Origin: Acidimicrobiales bacterium
Lineage (GTDB): Bacteria; Actinomycetota; Acidimicrobiia; Acidimicrobiales; Aldehydirespiratoraceae
Direction of reading: 5' to 3'
Length of the DNA: 64,000 bases
Assembly (NCBI GenBank): GCA_047516945.1
Contig: JAKZTU010000093.1
Location: 2,456 to 66,455 of the forward strand
The notes under the pieces were generated by a model. That model saw nothing but the letters and a program-made list of their open reading frames with translations. It did not search any database and was not told the origin of the DNA. This document shows positions 27,822 through 37,848 of this stretch, one piece after another (positions within the stretch are counted from its first letter, which is position 1; every line of letters starts with the position of its first letter). Made by a program: the position numbers and the translations under genes.

Positions 27822-28214
27822 ATGGAGATCGTGGCCGCTCTGTTTATCGACGAAATTGATCTTCGCTCGGTCCCGGGTCCAGCGACGAGAATCGATCTCA
27901 AGGGCATCCAGTTCAGTGCTGTCGCACCTACGCCGGTTCCTCTGGTTTGGGCCCCGCATCTCGTTGTGATCATCCGCTGTCCGCCAGACGGCGGTGGTCA
28001 AGGCGTCCTCGAAGTGACGTACCACAGCGGTGATTCTCAAATCGCCCGCAGCGTGCAGCCTTTCGACGTGGAGCCGGGCAAGTTCACGTATCGCCTGGTG
28101 CGAGCGGAACTGGAGTTTGACGACTATGGAACGGTTGAAGCGAGGTGTCGCATCGGCCGTGACGCGCCTGTCACCGTGCCTTATACGCTGCTGCCCCCGG
28201 TCGATTTGCCGTAG
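27822..28214 (+). CDS. Hypothetical beta-rich protein, divergent from the TetR gene
   Basis: Non-repetitive, protein-like sequence ([31 protein letters not shown]..). The start could be ATG 27774 or 27822. No family recognised. Confidence 0.5.
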   Translation: MEIVAALFIDEIDLRSVPGPATRIDLKGIQFSAVAPTPVPLVWAPHLVVIIRCPPDGGGQGVLEVTYHSGDSQIARSVQPFDVEPGKFTYRLVRAELEFDDYGTVEARCRIGRDAPVTVPYTLLPPVDLP

Positions 28215-28320
28215 TCCGATACACCTGAGACTTACCGACGCGAACTCCTCATTAGAAAAGAAACGCGATCGACCGTAGTGCTGAGGTTAATGTCCGAGAT
28301 ATCTGTGACCGGGAGGATTG

Positions 28321-30273
28321 ATGCACGATTTTGACGAACACGCCGTCGCCATAATCAGGGGTATCGCCATGGACGCACCCCATGAGGCACGCTCGGGTCA
28401 CCAAGGCACCGCTATGTCGTTGGCACCACTGGCTCATGTGCTGTTCAGCCGCATCATGAATTACGACGCCCAACATCCCCATTGGCCAGATCGGGATCGC
28501 TTCGTGCTCTCCGCTGGACATGTTTCGATCCTGCAATACGCGATGCTCTATCTAACCGGCTTCGGCCTGACGCTCGATGATCTGAGAGATTTTCGTCAGT
28601 GGGGTTCGGCCACACCCGGACACCCAGAGGTCGGCCACACTCCCGGCGTTGAGGTAACCACTGGTCCGTTGGGGCAGGGTGTGGGAAACATGGTCGGAAT
28701 GGCCATCGCCGAGGCGCAGCTGCGCACGACGTATGGACCTGAGCTATTCGACCATCACATCTTTGGGATTTGTAGTGACGGAGATCTGATGGAGGGCGTT
28801 AGCCACGAGGTGGCCTCGCTCGCTGGTCACCTCGGGTTGGGGAAGATCGTCCTGTGCTACGACGACAACCACATCACCATTGACGGAGAAACCGAACTGG
28901 CTTTGAACGACGACGCCGCGGCCCGTTTCCGCTCCTATGGCTGGGATGTGAACGAACTCGGCGAGGTCGGAGAGAACTTTGATGAGTTGGAAGCAGGCAT
29001 TCGCAAGGCGATGTCGGTTACTGACCGGCCCAGTCTGGTCATTGTCCGGACAATTATCGGTACTCCCGCACCCAAGTCTTCCGACACTCCTGCTGCTCAT
29101 GCTTATGCCATCTTCGACGACGAGATCGCCGCGACGAAAGAACTGATTGGACTCCCGCCAGATAAGACCTTCTACACCGAACCAGACGTTGTGGCGCAGT
29201 ATCGCCAAGCGGGAGTGAGGGGCCGCGTCGTTCGGGAAGCTTGGCAGAAGCGGGTAGCCGCGTTCGATGGAGATCGGGTCTCTTTGGAATCGCAGCTGAG
29301 CGGTACCGGGCTGCCAGGCTGGGAGGAATCACTGCCAACATTTGAAGCAGGAGACTCGATCGCTACGCGAAAGGCATCCAATATCACCCTGCAGGCTCTG
29401 TCTTCTGTCGTGCCTGGACTCTCGGGCGGAGGTGCTGATCTCACCGGTAATACAGGGACGGTGATCAAAGATCATGGAGTCTTCTCGGCTGCCGACCCAG
29501 GAGGTCGTCAGATCTATTTCGGAGTTCGAGAACACGGCATGGGTGCGATCGCCAACGGTATGGCGCTACATGGTGGCTCGATTCCTGTCGTTGGAACTTT
29601 TCTGGTGTTCGCGGATTACATGCGCGCGGCGGTACGACTGGCAGCCATCTCCGGTGCGCGCGCCATATTTGTCTGGAGTCACGATTCGGTCGGCGTGGGC
29701 GAAGATGGCCCGACGCATCAGCCGGTGGAACAGGTGGCGTCTTTGAGAGCTATTCCGGGCCTGAGGGTGATCCGGCCGGCTGATGCCAACGAAGCTGCCG
29801 CGGCGTGGGGTGTAGCGATTTCCTCAGGCGGACCTACAGCGTTGATCCTCAGTCGCCAAAACCTACCCGTGCTCGAGGGAACATCTTCTGGAAACATGGC
29901 TGCTGGGGCTTATGTACTCGCCGCGGCCGACGATGCGGTGATTACGCTTGTCGGTACTGGCAGCGAGGTTTCGGTTTGTCTTGCTGCTGCTGCGGAACTT
30001 GCTGCCGACGGATTCGCGGCGACGGTAGTTTCCATGCCTTCGTGGGAGCTCTTTGAGCAGATGCCAAGCGAATATCGAGCCTCGGTGATCCGCGAAGACA
30101 TCCCATCGCTGGCCGTAGAAGCCGGGTCTTCGATGGGTTGGCATCGTTGGGTTGACGATGTGGTGTCCATTGACCGTTTCGGGTCGTCCGCCCCCGGCGA
30201 TGTTGTTATGTTCGAATATGGGATCAACCCCACCAATGTGGAGGCTCGAGCACGGGAGTTGATCGAAACTTGA
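28321..30273 (+). CDS. tkt: Transketolase
   Basis: SGHQGTAMSLAPLAHVLF, GDLMEGVSHE, GEDGPTHQPVE. ATG 28321 is preceded by a GGGAGG RBS. Confidence 0.95.
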   Translation: MHDFDEHAVAIIRGIAMDAPHEARSGHQGTAMSLAPLAHVLFSRIMNYDAQHPHWPDRDRFVLSAGHVSILQYAMLYLTGFGLTLDDLRDFRQWGSATPGHPEVGHTPGVEVTTGPLGQGVGNMVGMAIAEAQLRTTYGPELFDHHIFGICSDGDLMEGVSHEVASLAGHLGLGKIVLCYDDNHITIDGETELALNDDAAARFRSYGWDVNELGEVGENFDELEAGIRKAMSVTDRPSLVIVRTIIGTPAPKSSDTPAAHAYAIFDDEIAATKELIGLPPDKTFYTEPDVVAQYRQAGVRGRVVREAWQKRVAAFDGDRVSLESQLSGTGLPGWEESLPTFEAGDSIATRKASNITLQALSSVVPGLSGGGADLTGNTGTVIKDHGVFSAADPGGRQIYFGVREHGMGAIANGMALHGGSIPVVGTFLVFADYMRAAVRLAAISGARAIFVWSHDSVGVGEDGPTHQPVEQVASLRAIPGLRVIRPADANEAAAAWGVAISSGGPTALILSRQNLPVLEGTSSGNMAAGAYVLAAADDAVITLVGTGSEVSVCLAAAAELAADGFAATVVSMPSWELFEQMPSEYRASVIREDIPSLAVEAGSSMGWHRWVDDVVSIDRFGSSAPGDVVMFEYGINPTNVEARARELIET

Positions 30274-30325
30274 TCCACTCGACCTACTTGAAACCACTTA
30301 CGATGCCCATTGACATGGAGGTGTC

Positions 30326-31420
30326 ATGACTCGTCTACAGCAATTGTTCACCGAGCAGGGCCAGAGTCCCTGGCTCGACAACCTTCGACGAGGTTGGATC
30401 ACCAGCGGAGAACTTGAAAACTGGGTCGCGCAAGGTGTGCGCGGGTTGACATCGAACCCATCGATCTTCACCAACGCGATCCTTGGGTCCGAGGACTATG
30501 ACGACGAGTTTTCCAGCGCCATCGGTGGAGGTTTGGGTATCGAAGCCGCCTATTGGAAGCTCGTCACATCCGATATTCTTGCCGCGCTTGAAATTCTTCG
30601 ACCGGTGTACGACGAATCGAATGGTATTGACGGGTATGTCTCCGTTGAGGTCGATCCGAAGCTGGCCCGTGACAGTGCCAGAACGTCCGAAGCAGCGCGT
30701 CAGTTGCACGCGCAGATCAACGCCCCCAACCTCTATGTCAAGATCCCCGGGACAACCGAAGGCCTCTTGCCAATCAAGACGATGATTGCTGAGCATCGCA
30801 GTATCAATGTGACGTTGATATTTTCGTTGCAGCGCTACGCGGAGGTAATGGAGACGTATATCTCCGGGCTTGAGGCGGCCGAGGGTGATCTCAGCGACAT
30901 TTCAAGCGTGGCGTCGTTTTTTGTTAGTCGGCTAGACACAGAAGTTGACAGGCGCCTTGATGTCATTGGCACTCCCAGCGCGGAGGCGCTTAAAGGCAAG
31001 GCGGCCTTGGCAAGTGGCAAATTGGCTTACGAGATATTTTTGCAAACATTTTCGGGACCTCGTTGGGAAGTACTCGCGGCCCGCGGGGCAAGAGTTCAGC
31101 GTCCGTTGTGGGCATCGACATCAACGAAGAATCCCGATTATCCAGACACGCTGTATGTAGATGAGCTCATCGGACCCGACACCGTCAACACGTTGCCTGA
31201 CAGCACCATGGCAGCATTCGAGGACCACGGAACGGTGGCTCGCACCATTGATGTCGGAGTTGACGAAGCCAGAGCAGTGCTAGCCGACTTAGCTCAACTC
31301 GGTGTCGACATCGACGATGTCACCCAGCAACTCGAAACAGAGGGTGTTGCTTCGTTTGAGAAGAGTTTCGATGAACTGCTAGACGCCCTAGAGGCGAAGG
31401 TCGACTTGACCGAGGCTTGA
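30326..31420 (+). CDS. tal: Transaldolase (actinobacterial long type)
   Basis: QSPWLDNLRR, LTSNPSIF, YVKIPGT. GGAGG RBS upstream. Confidence 0.95.
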   Translation: MTRLQQLFTEQGQSPWLDNLRRGWITSGELENWVAQGVRGLTSNPSIFTNAILGSEDYDDEFSSAIGGGLGIEAAYWKLVTSDILAALEILRPVYDESNGIDGYVSVEVDPKLARDSARTSEAARQLHAQINAPNLYVKIPGTTEGLLPIKTMIAEHRSINVTLIFSLQRYAEVMETYISGLEAAEGDLSDISSVASFFVSRLDTEVDRRLDVIGTPSAEALKGKAALASGKLAYEIFLQTFSGPRWEVLAARGARVQRPLWASTSTKNPDYPDTLYVDELIGPDTVNTLPDSTMAAFEDHGTVARTIDVGVDEARAVLADLAQLGVDIDDVTQQLETEGVASFEKSFDELLDALEAKVDLTEA

Positions 31421-31500
31421 GCGGCCCGCCCGCGGCCCGAGCGGGAGATGGAGCGCAGCGGACCAAGAGCGGAAAACAAGGTCTGAGAGGCCGAGCGAAG
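31414..31500. repeat. Dispersed GAGCGG-rich intergenic repeat, copy B (composite)
   Basis: The perfect 26-mer (31419-31444) begins inside the tal stop codon. It is followed by a segment similar to 27085-27120 and then by GGTCTGAGAGGCCGAGCGAA, which is similar to 23178-23197. Confidence 0.9.
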
Positions 31501-31767
31501 GTTGCAGAGCGGTCTGTCGGCCGTAGACTAATTTACGAACCGCAGTTGCCGGCAGGCTTTGCTGCGGGGGCTGTCGCCGCTGACGGAGCGGGCGATGGTC
31601 GTTGTGTCAGGTGCCTCTCGTCGGCGAGCGGCAAAGGCATAACGGGTGCCAGATGGCGCCGTTCACGGACGCACGGCACCAGTTGGAGCCCAGGGCGTCG
31701 CGAGCCGTAGGAGACCACAGTTACCATTATCGAACGGGCGGTCCTGACGTCGAGCCAACTCGACCGA

Positions 31768-34700
31768 TTGGTCCAATCCCACCTTGACGGTTTGTCAACC
31801 GCCGAGGATCTCGCATATTTGAACGAATGCAAAGCCGCTTGGGTGGAGAGCCTGTGGCGGTTGCTTGACGATGCTGAAGCGCGTCTTGCGGTAGCTCGCA
31901 GGGAGCTGCGCGGCCCGGAGCGAAATGTTGTGGTAGCTGATCTTGATGCTGAATGCTGGCGTATCGACGCGGGTTTAACCGAACTGGTTGGGTCACCCGA
32001 CGAAAGTGAATTGACTCCCGCGCCGGACCGAAGTTCAGCCCACGACCCCGCCGCTTCGGTTCCTGGGTCGGTCGAGCTTCACTTGTCGCGTTCTGATGGC
32101 AGGATCGTTGCTTGGGCGTCAGGTCATCAGCAACGCCCCGAGAATCACGAAATGGTGTTGCAGCGAATCAAGGCTCTCGGCGGAGTGACTTCGGATTGGG
32201 ACCAACAAGCCACGGTCAAGATTCCCGGAAGTGGGAGGGCCAGCACAGTCTCCGCGCCGATCGAAAAAGTAATTGGCTGGTTGGCGCCTTTGGGACGCAC
32301 CGCTAGCGACGAGGACGTCGGAACCAGCGTGACTTGGATGGGTTACGCCACCGCCGTGGCTATCAAGATGGTTGCCGATGGGCGCTTCGTCCCGCAGTTA
32401 GTCCAGTCGAAACGTCGCCGCAAAGATCCCGCGACCGATCATGGCACCTTCCGTATCCGCTGGATGCCAGCCCTTATCGACCCAGAGGTGTTGTCTGGTT
32501 TGGTTCGTTCGGTGCCAGGGGCTGCCATGTTGGGCAGCCGTGAACAAGAAAAAGAGAAGTTCACACTAGCCGCGTTGGCTGATCTCACAGATGCCATAGT
32601 GGGTTTCGCCGCGGGTCAGCTAGAAACCCCTGCGGCGCCGCCTAAAATCAACACTCGCGCCGATGTTGCCGAGGCAACTGTTGCTCACCTCGGGGGCGCT
32701 CCCTTCCTAGCTCCGACCAAGGCCGGAGGAGAACTCGTTCGCCGGCTTAATCAGTGGGCCTTTCCTGTGTTGGGCACCGTTGGGGTTCGCCTTGTTGTGC
32801 AACTGGATTCTCCCGACGACGCCGGAGCTTGGCATGTGGCTGTGTTGTGTCCCGACGACGAGGGAAACTTGATACCGGCCGAAGTCGCGATCACGCTTGC
32901 ATCGAAGTTGAACTCAAAAATTATCGTGGCCCATCTATCGAGGCTTGAGCGTCTCTTCCCAGAACTAATGCGTTTGGGGGGTCGCCGCCGGGGTGAAGTG
33001 TTCTTGTCTCAGGATGAAGCGTGGAGGTTGATGACGGAATCTGGAGACAGACTCCGCTCGGCTGGGTTCGATGTGAGAGTGCCGGCGCTACGGCGTCAAA
33101 AAGCGGTGGCGTCGCTGCGCTTGACTGCTGAGACCGACGAGACTGTGGTGGGAGCTCAACAACTAGCCAACGTCCGTTGGTCAGCTGTGTTCGATGAGGT
33201 CGAACTCAGCGCCGCGGAGATCGCTCAATTAGCTGCCAAGGCTCGTCCCTTGGTGCGCTCGCGCGGCCAGTGGGTCGAACTTGACAAAGCAGATTTGGCT
33301 GAAGCGGCGGCGGCTTTGGCTGAACGGGCTGACAAGACACGACTCACCGGTGCTGACATGCTTCGTCACGCTCTGGGACTGGAAGGCTCGCCGCTTTCTG
33401 GTGGTATCAACATTGTGGGAGAGGGTTGGGCCGCTGATCTTCTGCGTAGTGTCAAGAACTTCCCCGACAATCCAACTACAAAACCCGAAGGTTTCACTGG
33501 TGAACTGCGCAACTATCAAGCAGACGCACTTGTGTGGTTGAATTTCTTGGAGGACGCAGGTTTGGGAGGCTGTCTGGCTCTCGATATGGGTCTCGGAAAA
33601 ACACCGACAACGCTGGCCAGCTTGGCGTTGTCTGAGTCTGGTACGGGACTGGTCATTGCTCCCCCGGCGGTCGTTGGCAACTGGGCAAGCGAGGCGCGGA
33701 ACTTTGTCCCAGGTTTGAAGGTAATGGTTCATCACGGCGCCAACCGAGCAAAGGGTTCGGCATTGAGAACAGCGGTTGGCGCAGCTGATGTTGTGATCAC
33801 GACCTACGGCACGGCGGTGAGAGACATGGACCAACTCAGCAAGTTCAGCTGGGGCAAGGTCGTCATCGACGAGGCTCAGGCCATCAAGAATCCGTTAGCC
33901 GAAACCTCGCAACAGCTTCGTCGCTTGGAGGCCGACAGCCGACTTGCGCTTACCGGGACGCCGATTGAAAACGGTCTAGGAGATCTTTGGGCCATCATGG
34001 ACTGGGCGAACCCGAATCTTTTGGGCCCGCGTGCGCAATTCATTGCCCAGCTGACGCCCAACAAGAACGGTAATGGGCGTTCCAACGGCAGTCGCGCGAA
34101 GCATGGCGGCGAGGATGCGCTGAGAGCCCTCAACGGCATTCTCGTGTACCGGCGAACCAAAGCTGAGCCTTCGATCGCCGCAGAGCTTCCAGATCGCATC
34201 GACGAACTAGACCATTGTCCGATGACTCCAGAGCAGATTGGCCTTTACCAAGCTGTCATCGACAGTCTCATTCTCAAGACCACAAACAGGGAACCAGGAA
34301 CGCCGGAACAGAAGGGTGCGGTGCTTGCGGCTATCACTGCTCTAAAGCAGATATGCAATCATCCGCTCAACTATCAAGACGATGACAAAGGCGTCGAAGG
34401 CCGTTCGGGAAAGCTCGCTCGGCTGTACGAGATCCTCTCGCAAGTCTTCGCAGCCAATGAAAAGGTGCTGGTGTTCACCCACTTCGCGAGTTGGGGTGAA
34501 ATATTGGCCGAACATCTCTCGGAATGGAGCGGGCACAAGATCTCCTGTTATCACGGTGGCCTCGCTCGGGGTGCCCGAGATCGTCTCGTAGCCGAATTTC
34601 AGGGATCTTCAGGAGCAGGCGCAATGGTGTTGTCGCTGAAGGCTGGAGGCACTGGCCTAAACCTCACAGCGGCCAACCATGTGGTCCTCTACGATCGCTG

Positions 34701-35058
34701 GTGGAATCCTGCGGTAGAAGACCAGGCCCGAGATCGCGTTTGGCGCATAGGGCAGAAAAACACTGTGATCTGCCATCGTCTGGTCTGCCCTGGCACTATC
34801 GACGAGCGAGTTGAGGAAGTGGTCGCGGGCAAGCGCCAGATAGCCAGTCTCACGCTGCCCAAGTCAAGTTCGATCGGGGATCTCAACGCCGAACAATTGC
34901 AAGCTGTGCTGGGAATAGACAGCGCCGGGCTACTAGATGTCGATTCCGATACCGAGATCGCATTCGCTGAAGCTGCACAGTTCTCGGAAACTTCCCCGCT
35001 TGGAGAGCTTGCCGAGTCTGATCCAGAGATCGTGAAGCGAAAGGGGCTGATGCCGTGA
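31768..35058 (+). CDS. SNF2-family helicase (HelZ-like) with a long N-terminal accessory region
   Basis: LADEMGLGKT-like LALDMGLGKT, DEAQAIKN, LALTGTPIENGLGDLW, and a C-terminal helicase domain with QARDRVWRIGQ. The listed start is TTG and is uncertain. Confidence 0.9.
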   Translation: MVQSHLDGLSTAEDLAYLNECKAAWVESLWRLLDDAEARLAVARRELRGPERNVVVADLDAECWRIDAGLTELVGSPDESELTPAPDRSSAHDPAASVPGSVELHLSRSDGRIVAWASGHQQRPENHEMVLQRIKALGGVTSDWDQQATVKIPGSGRASTVSAPIEKVIGWLAPLGRTASDEDVGTSVTWMGYATAVAIKMVADGRFVPQLVQSKRRRKDPATDHGTFRIRWMPALIDPEVLSGLVRSVPGAAMLGSREQEKEKFTLAALADLTDAIVGFAAGQLETPAAPPKINTRADVAEATVAHLGGAPFLAPTKAGGELVRRLNQWAFPVLGTVGVRLVVQLDSPDDAGAWHVAVLCPDDEGNLIPAEVAITLASKLNSKIIVAHLSRLERLFPELMRLGGRRRGEVFLSQDEAWRLMTESGDRLRSAGFDVRVPALRRQKAVASLRLTAETDETVVGAQQLANVRWSAVFDEVELSAAEIAQLAAKARPLVRSRGQWVELDKADLAEAAAALAERADKTRLTGADMLRHALGLEGSPLSGGINIVGEGWAADLLRSVKNFPDNPTTKPEGFTGELRNYQADALVWLNFLEDAGLGGCLALDMGLGKTPTTLASLALSESGTGLVIAPPAVVGNWASEARNFVPGLKVMVHHGANRAKGSALRTAVGAADVVITTYGTAVRDMDQLSKFSWGKVVIDEAQAIKNPLAETSQQLRRLEADSRLALTGTPIENGLGDLWAIMDWANPNLLGPRAQFIAQLTPNKNGNGRSNGSRAKHGGEDALRALNGILVYRRTKAEPSIAAELPDRIDELDHCPMTPEQIGLYQAVIDSLILKTTNREPGTPEQKGAVLAAITALKQICNHPLNYQDDDKGVEGRSGKLARLYEILSQVFAANEKVLVFTHFASWGEILAEHLSEWSGHKISCYHGGLARGARDRLVAEFQGSSGAGAMVLSLKAGGTGLNLTAANHVVLYDRWWNPAVEDQARDRVWRIGQKNTVICHRLVCPGTIDERVEEVVAGKRQIASLTLPKSSSIGDLNAEQLQAVLGIDSAGLLDVDSDTEIAFAEAAQFSETSPLGELAESDPEIVKRKGLMP

Positions 35059-35405
35059 ACGAGGACTCCGTCAACTCAAAACGAAAACGATCTCGTTCGC
35101 GAAACCGCAACAAGGGCAATTCGACGAATTCCAATGTTGGTCGGCAGCATCAGCAACCCCGTGGGCGTAAGGCGGCAGCCAAGATCAACCCGATTGAGTT
35201 TTGGGGAGACCCCGAGTTGCTGCCTGCAGCGGATGAAGTCGTAGCACACTCCGGCGATGCACGAGCCTTGCTCAACTCGTTGGGACGACCACCGGTGCCG
35301 GGTCAAGAAACGGCTGCTGAGCGTTGGTTCACGCTCGTTTACGAAAGAGCTGCATTCCTAGCTGGAGCGTTGGCCGCTGCGGGTGAACTCGATCGGAGCG
35401 AGTAG
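35055..35405 (+). CDS. Small hypothetical protein with a basic N-terminus, translationally coupled to the SNF2 gene
   Basis: GTGA start/stop overlap with the helicase gene. KRKRSRSRNRNK N-terminus followed by a structured-looking C-terminal half. Confidence 0.5.
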   Translation: MNEDSVNSKRKRSRSRNRNKGNSTNSNVGRQHQQPRGRKAAAKINPIEFWGDPELLPAADEVVAHSGDARALLNSLGRPPVPGQETAAERWFTLVYERAAFLAGALAAAGELDRSE

Positions 35406-35416
35406 CGTCTCAGATC

Positions 35417-37831
35417 ATGGCGAACGATGAACTTCTTTGTACACCGCTTGAGGAGTTGATGACGGCGGCGCGGCGGATACGAGACGATGCGCACGGCAAG
35501 GTCGTGAGCTATTCGCCCAAGGTGTTTGTTCCTCTCACGATGCTGTGTCGTGACAAATGCGGATACTGCACTTTTGCCCAGCCACCGGCACGTCTAGAGC
35601 AGCCGTATCTAAGTCCCGACGATGTCATCGCAATTGCCAGGCGTGGGGCGTTGGTGGGCTGTCACGAGGCGCTTTTCACGCTGGGCGAACGACCCGAACG
35701 GCGCTATCCGGTCGCTCGGGACTGGCTTACGCGTCACGGTTATGAGTCCACTGTCGACTATGTCGTGGCAATGGCGCAGTTGGTTCTCGATTCCACTGGG
35801 TTGTTGCCCCATGCCAACACGGGTGCCATGTACGCCGATGAACTGGAGAAGCTGCGTACAGTCGCGCCAAGCCAGGGGATGATGCTCGAAACTTTGCGAG
35901 AGGATCTTGAGTGTCACCGGGTAGCGCCGGACAAGGCGCCGAAGCGCCGACTGCAATCGCTTGAATGGGCTGGAGAGCTGCGCATCCCCTACACGACTGG
36001 AATCCTGGTCGGTATCGGTGAGACCCGAGAGGATCGCGTTGTTGCTCTGGAGGCGATCGCTGAGGCTCACCGTCGTCACGGACATGTCCAAGAAGTAATT
36101 GTTCAAAACTTCCTGCCCAAGGAAGGCACCGCAATGCACCGGGCCGAACCGTGCCCGCTTGAGACCCATCTTGAGGCGATCGCGCTAGCTCGCCTGATCC
36201 TGCCGCCCGATGTGCATGTGCAGGCACCACCAAATCTCTGCGATGACTTCGCTGATCTGCTGTCAGCTGGTGTAAGTGACTGGGGTGGTGTCTCTCCTGT
36301 TACCGCTGATCACGTGAATCCCGAACGACCTTGGCCCGACCTTGAGCGGCTCCGGGAGGTCACCGAAGCTGCAGGTCACACACTGGCACCTCGACTTACA
36401 GCGCATCCTCGCTATGTCTGCGATCCGGACACCTGGATCGACCACAATCTGCATTTTGCGGTGATGGATCGTAGTGACTCAGATGGTTTTGGGCGCGACG
36501 ATCCAGGTTCTGTTTGGCCCGAGCGCACCATGGAGAGAGCCAAAGTTGACGACGGCGCGGAGTTCGAACTCGTAGGAGAGATATCTAGCCAATGGTATGT
36601 CGGCGCTGGTGGCGACCCGAGCGTGCTGGTGCCCGCTGTCACCGGTGCCACCGGAGCTGTCGGGGAGGTCATCGAAGGGGTGAGAGCGGGCACCGATGTG
36701 GGTTTCGACGAAATTCTCACTTTGTTCAAGGCTCGCGGACCCGAGGTGGGCGAAGTAGCTCACCTGGCGGATGAATTACGCGCCGAAATTGTCGGTGATG
36801 ATGTCACTTGGGTTGCCAACCGCAACATCAACTACACCAACGTTTGCACGTTTCGCTGCAAGTTCTGCGGGTTCTCAAAAGGTCCGCTATCGCTGAATCT
36901 AAGAGGCAAGCCGTATTTGTTGACACTCGACGACATAGCCGAGCGCACCATTGAGGCAGCCGAGAGGGGCGCTACCGAGGTTTGTCTGCAGGGCGGGATT
37001 CATCCCGACTTTGACGGCGATTACTACATTGATGTTGCCCGTGCCGTCCACGAGGCGGTTCCCGACATTCATATCCACGGTTTCACCGCCCTTGAAGTCA
37101 CCGAGGGTGCCAAGCGCAATCAGGAACCGTTGGCTGACTATCTGGGTCGTCTCCGTGACGCGGGCCAACGTTCGCTGCCTGGTACAGCCGCGGAAATCCT
37201 GCACGACGATGTGCGTCAAGTACTTTGCCCAGACAAGATCGACAGCGACGAATGGCTTGAAGCGCATCGCACAGCCCACGCGGTGGGATTGCGCTCCAAC
37301 ATCACGATCATGTTTGGCTCGATCGAACGGCCTGAGCATTGGGCGCACCACATACTACGCACCCGTGCTCTACAGGAAGAGACAGGGGGATTCACCGAGT
37401 TCGTCGGGTTGCCGTTTGTTCACATGGCGTCACCGATTTATCTTCGTCGCGGGTCCCGGCGTGGACCGACTTGGCGCGAGGTGCTGTTGATGCACGCTGT
37501 TGCTCGCATCGCCTATCGGGGTCGAATCGACAACATCCAGGGTTCGTGGGTCAAGCTCGGCTTCGGCTCAATCAGCCAACTCCTTCAGGCCGGCGCCAAC
37601 GATCTTGGCGGCACGCTGATGGACGAGAACATCTCTCGTGCAGCAGGCGCCTCTCATGGCACCACCGTGAGCGAGGCTGATTTCCGTAAGGTGGTTGAGC
37701 CATTGGGACGGACCTTGGTGCAGCGTACGACGCTCTATGGCCGCGTTGATCCGTCTGGTCTGCCGTTGCCCACGACACGCTCACGCCGCGCCGCGATCCC
37801 GGTGGTGGCATCAAGCGCTGTGGCGAGTTAG
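35417..37831 (+). CDS. fbiC: FO synthase FbiC (fused CofG/CofH radical-SAM domains, F420 biosynthesis)
   Basis: Two radical-SAM motifs (CRDKCGYCTF and CTFRCKFCGF) in an 804-aa protein. Confidence 0.93.
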   Translation: MANDELLCTPLEELMTAARRIRDDAHGKVVSYSPKVFVPLTMLCRDKCGYCTFAQPPARLEQPYLSPDDVIAIARRGALVGCHEALFTLGERPERRYPVARDWLTRHGYESTVDYVVAMAQLVLDSTGLLPHANTGAMYADELEKLRTVAPSQGMMLETLREDLECHRVAPDKAPKRRLQSLEWAGELRIPYTTGILVGIGETREDRVVALEAIAEAHRRHGHVQEVIVQNFLPKEGTAMHRAEPCPLETHLEAIALARLILPPDVHVQAPPNLCDDFADLLSAGVSDWGGVSPVTADHVNPERPWPDLERLREVTEAAGHTLAPRLTAHPRYVCDPDTWIDHNLHFAVMDRSDSDGFGRDDPGSVWPERTMERAKVDDGAEFELVGEISSQWYVGAGGDPSVLVPAVTGATGAVGEVIEGVRAGTDVGFDEILTLFKARGPEVGEVAHLADELRAEIVGDDVTWVANRNINYTNVCTFRCKFCGFSKGPLSLNLRGKPYLLTLDDIAERTIEAAERGATEVCLQGGIHPDFDGDYYIDVARAVHEAVPDIHIHGFTALEVTEGAKRNQEPLADYLGRLRDAGQRSLPGTAAEILHDDVRQVLCPDKIDSDEWLEAHRTAHAVGLRSNITIMFGSIERPEHWAHHILRTRALQEETGGFTEFVGLPFVHMASPIYLRRGSRRGPTWREVLLMHAVARIAYRGRIDNIQGSWVKLGFGSISQLLQAGANDLGGTLMDENISRAAGASHGTTVSEADFRKVVEPLGRTLVQRTTLYGRVDPSGLPLPTTRSRRAAIPVVASSAVAS

Positions 37832-37848
37832 GACTGGGAGCGGCAGGG

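Noticed and set aside
33229-33834. 201-aa minus-strand ORF inside the SNF2 helicase gene. Similar antisense ORFs occur at 35609-36233, 49858-50598, 50528-51187 and 60199-61104.
   Set aside because: They are antisense to genes with unambiguous family motifs. Their sequences are low-complexity and Arg/Cys/Ser-rich, which marks them as GC-skew artefacts.
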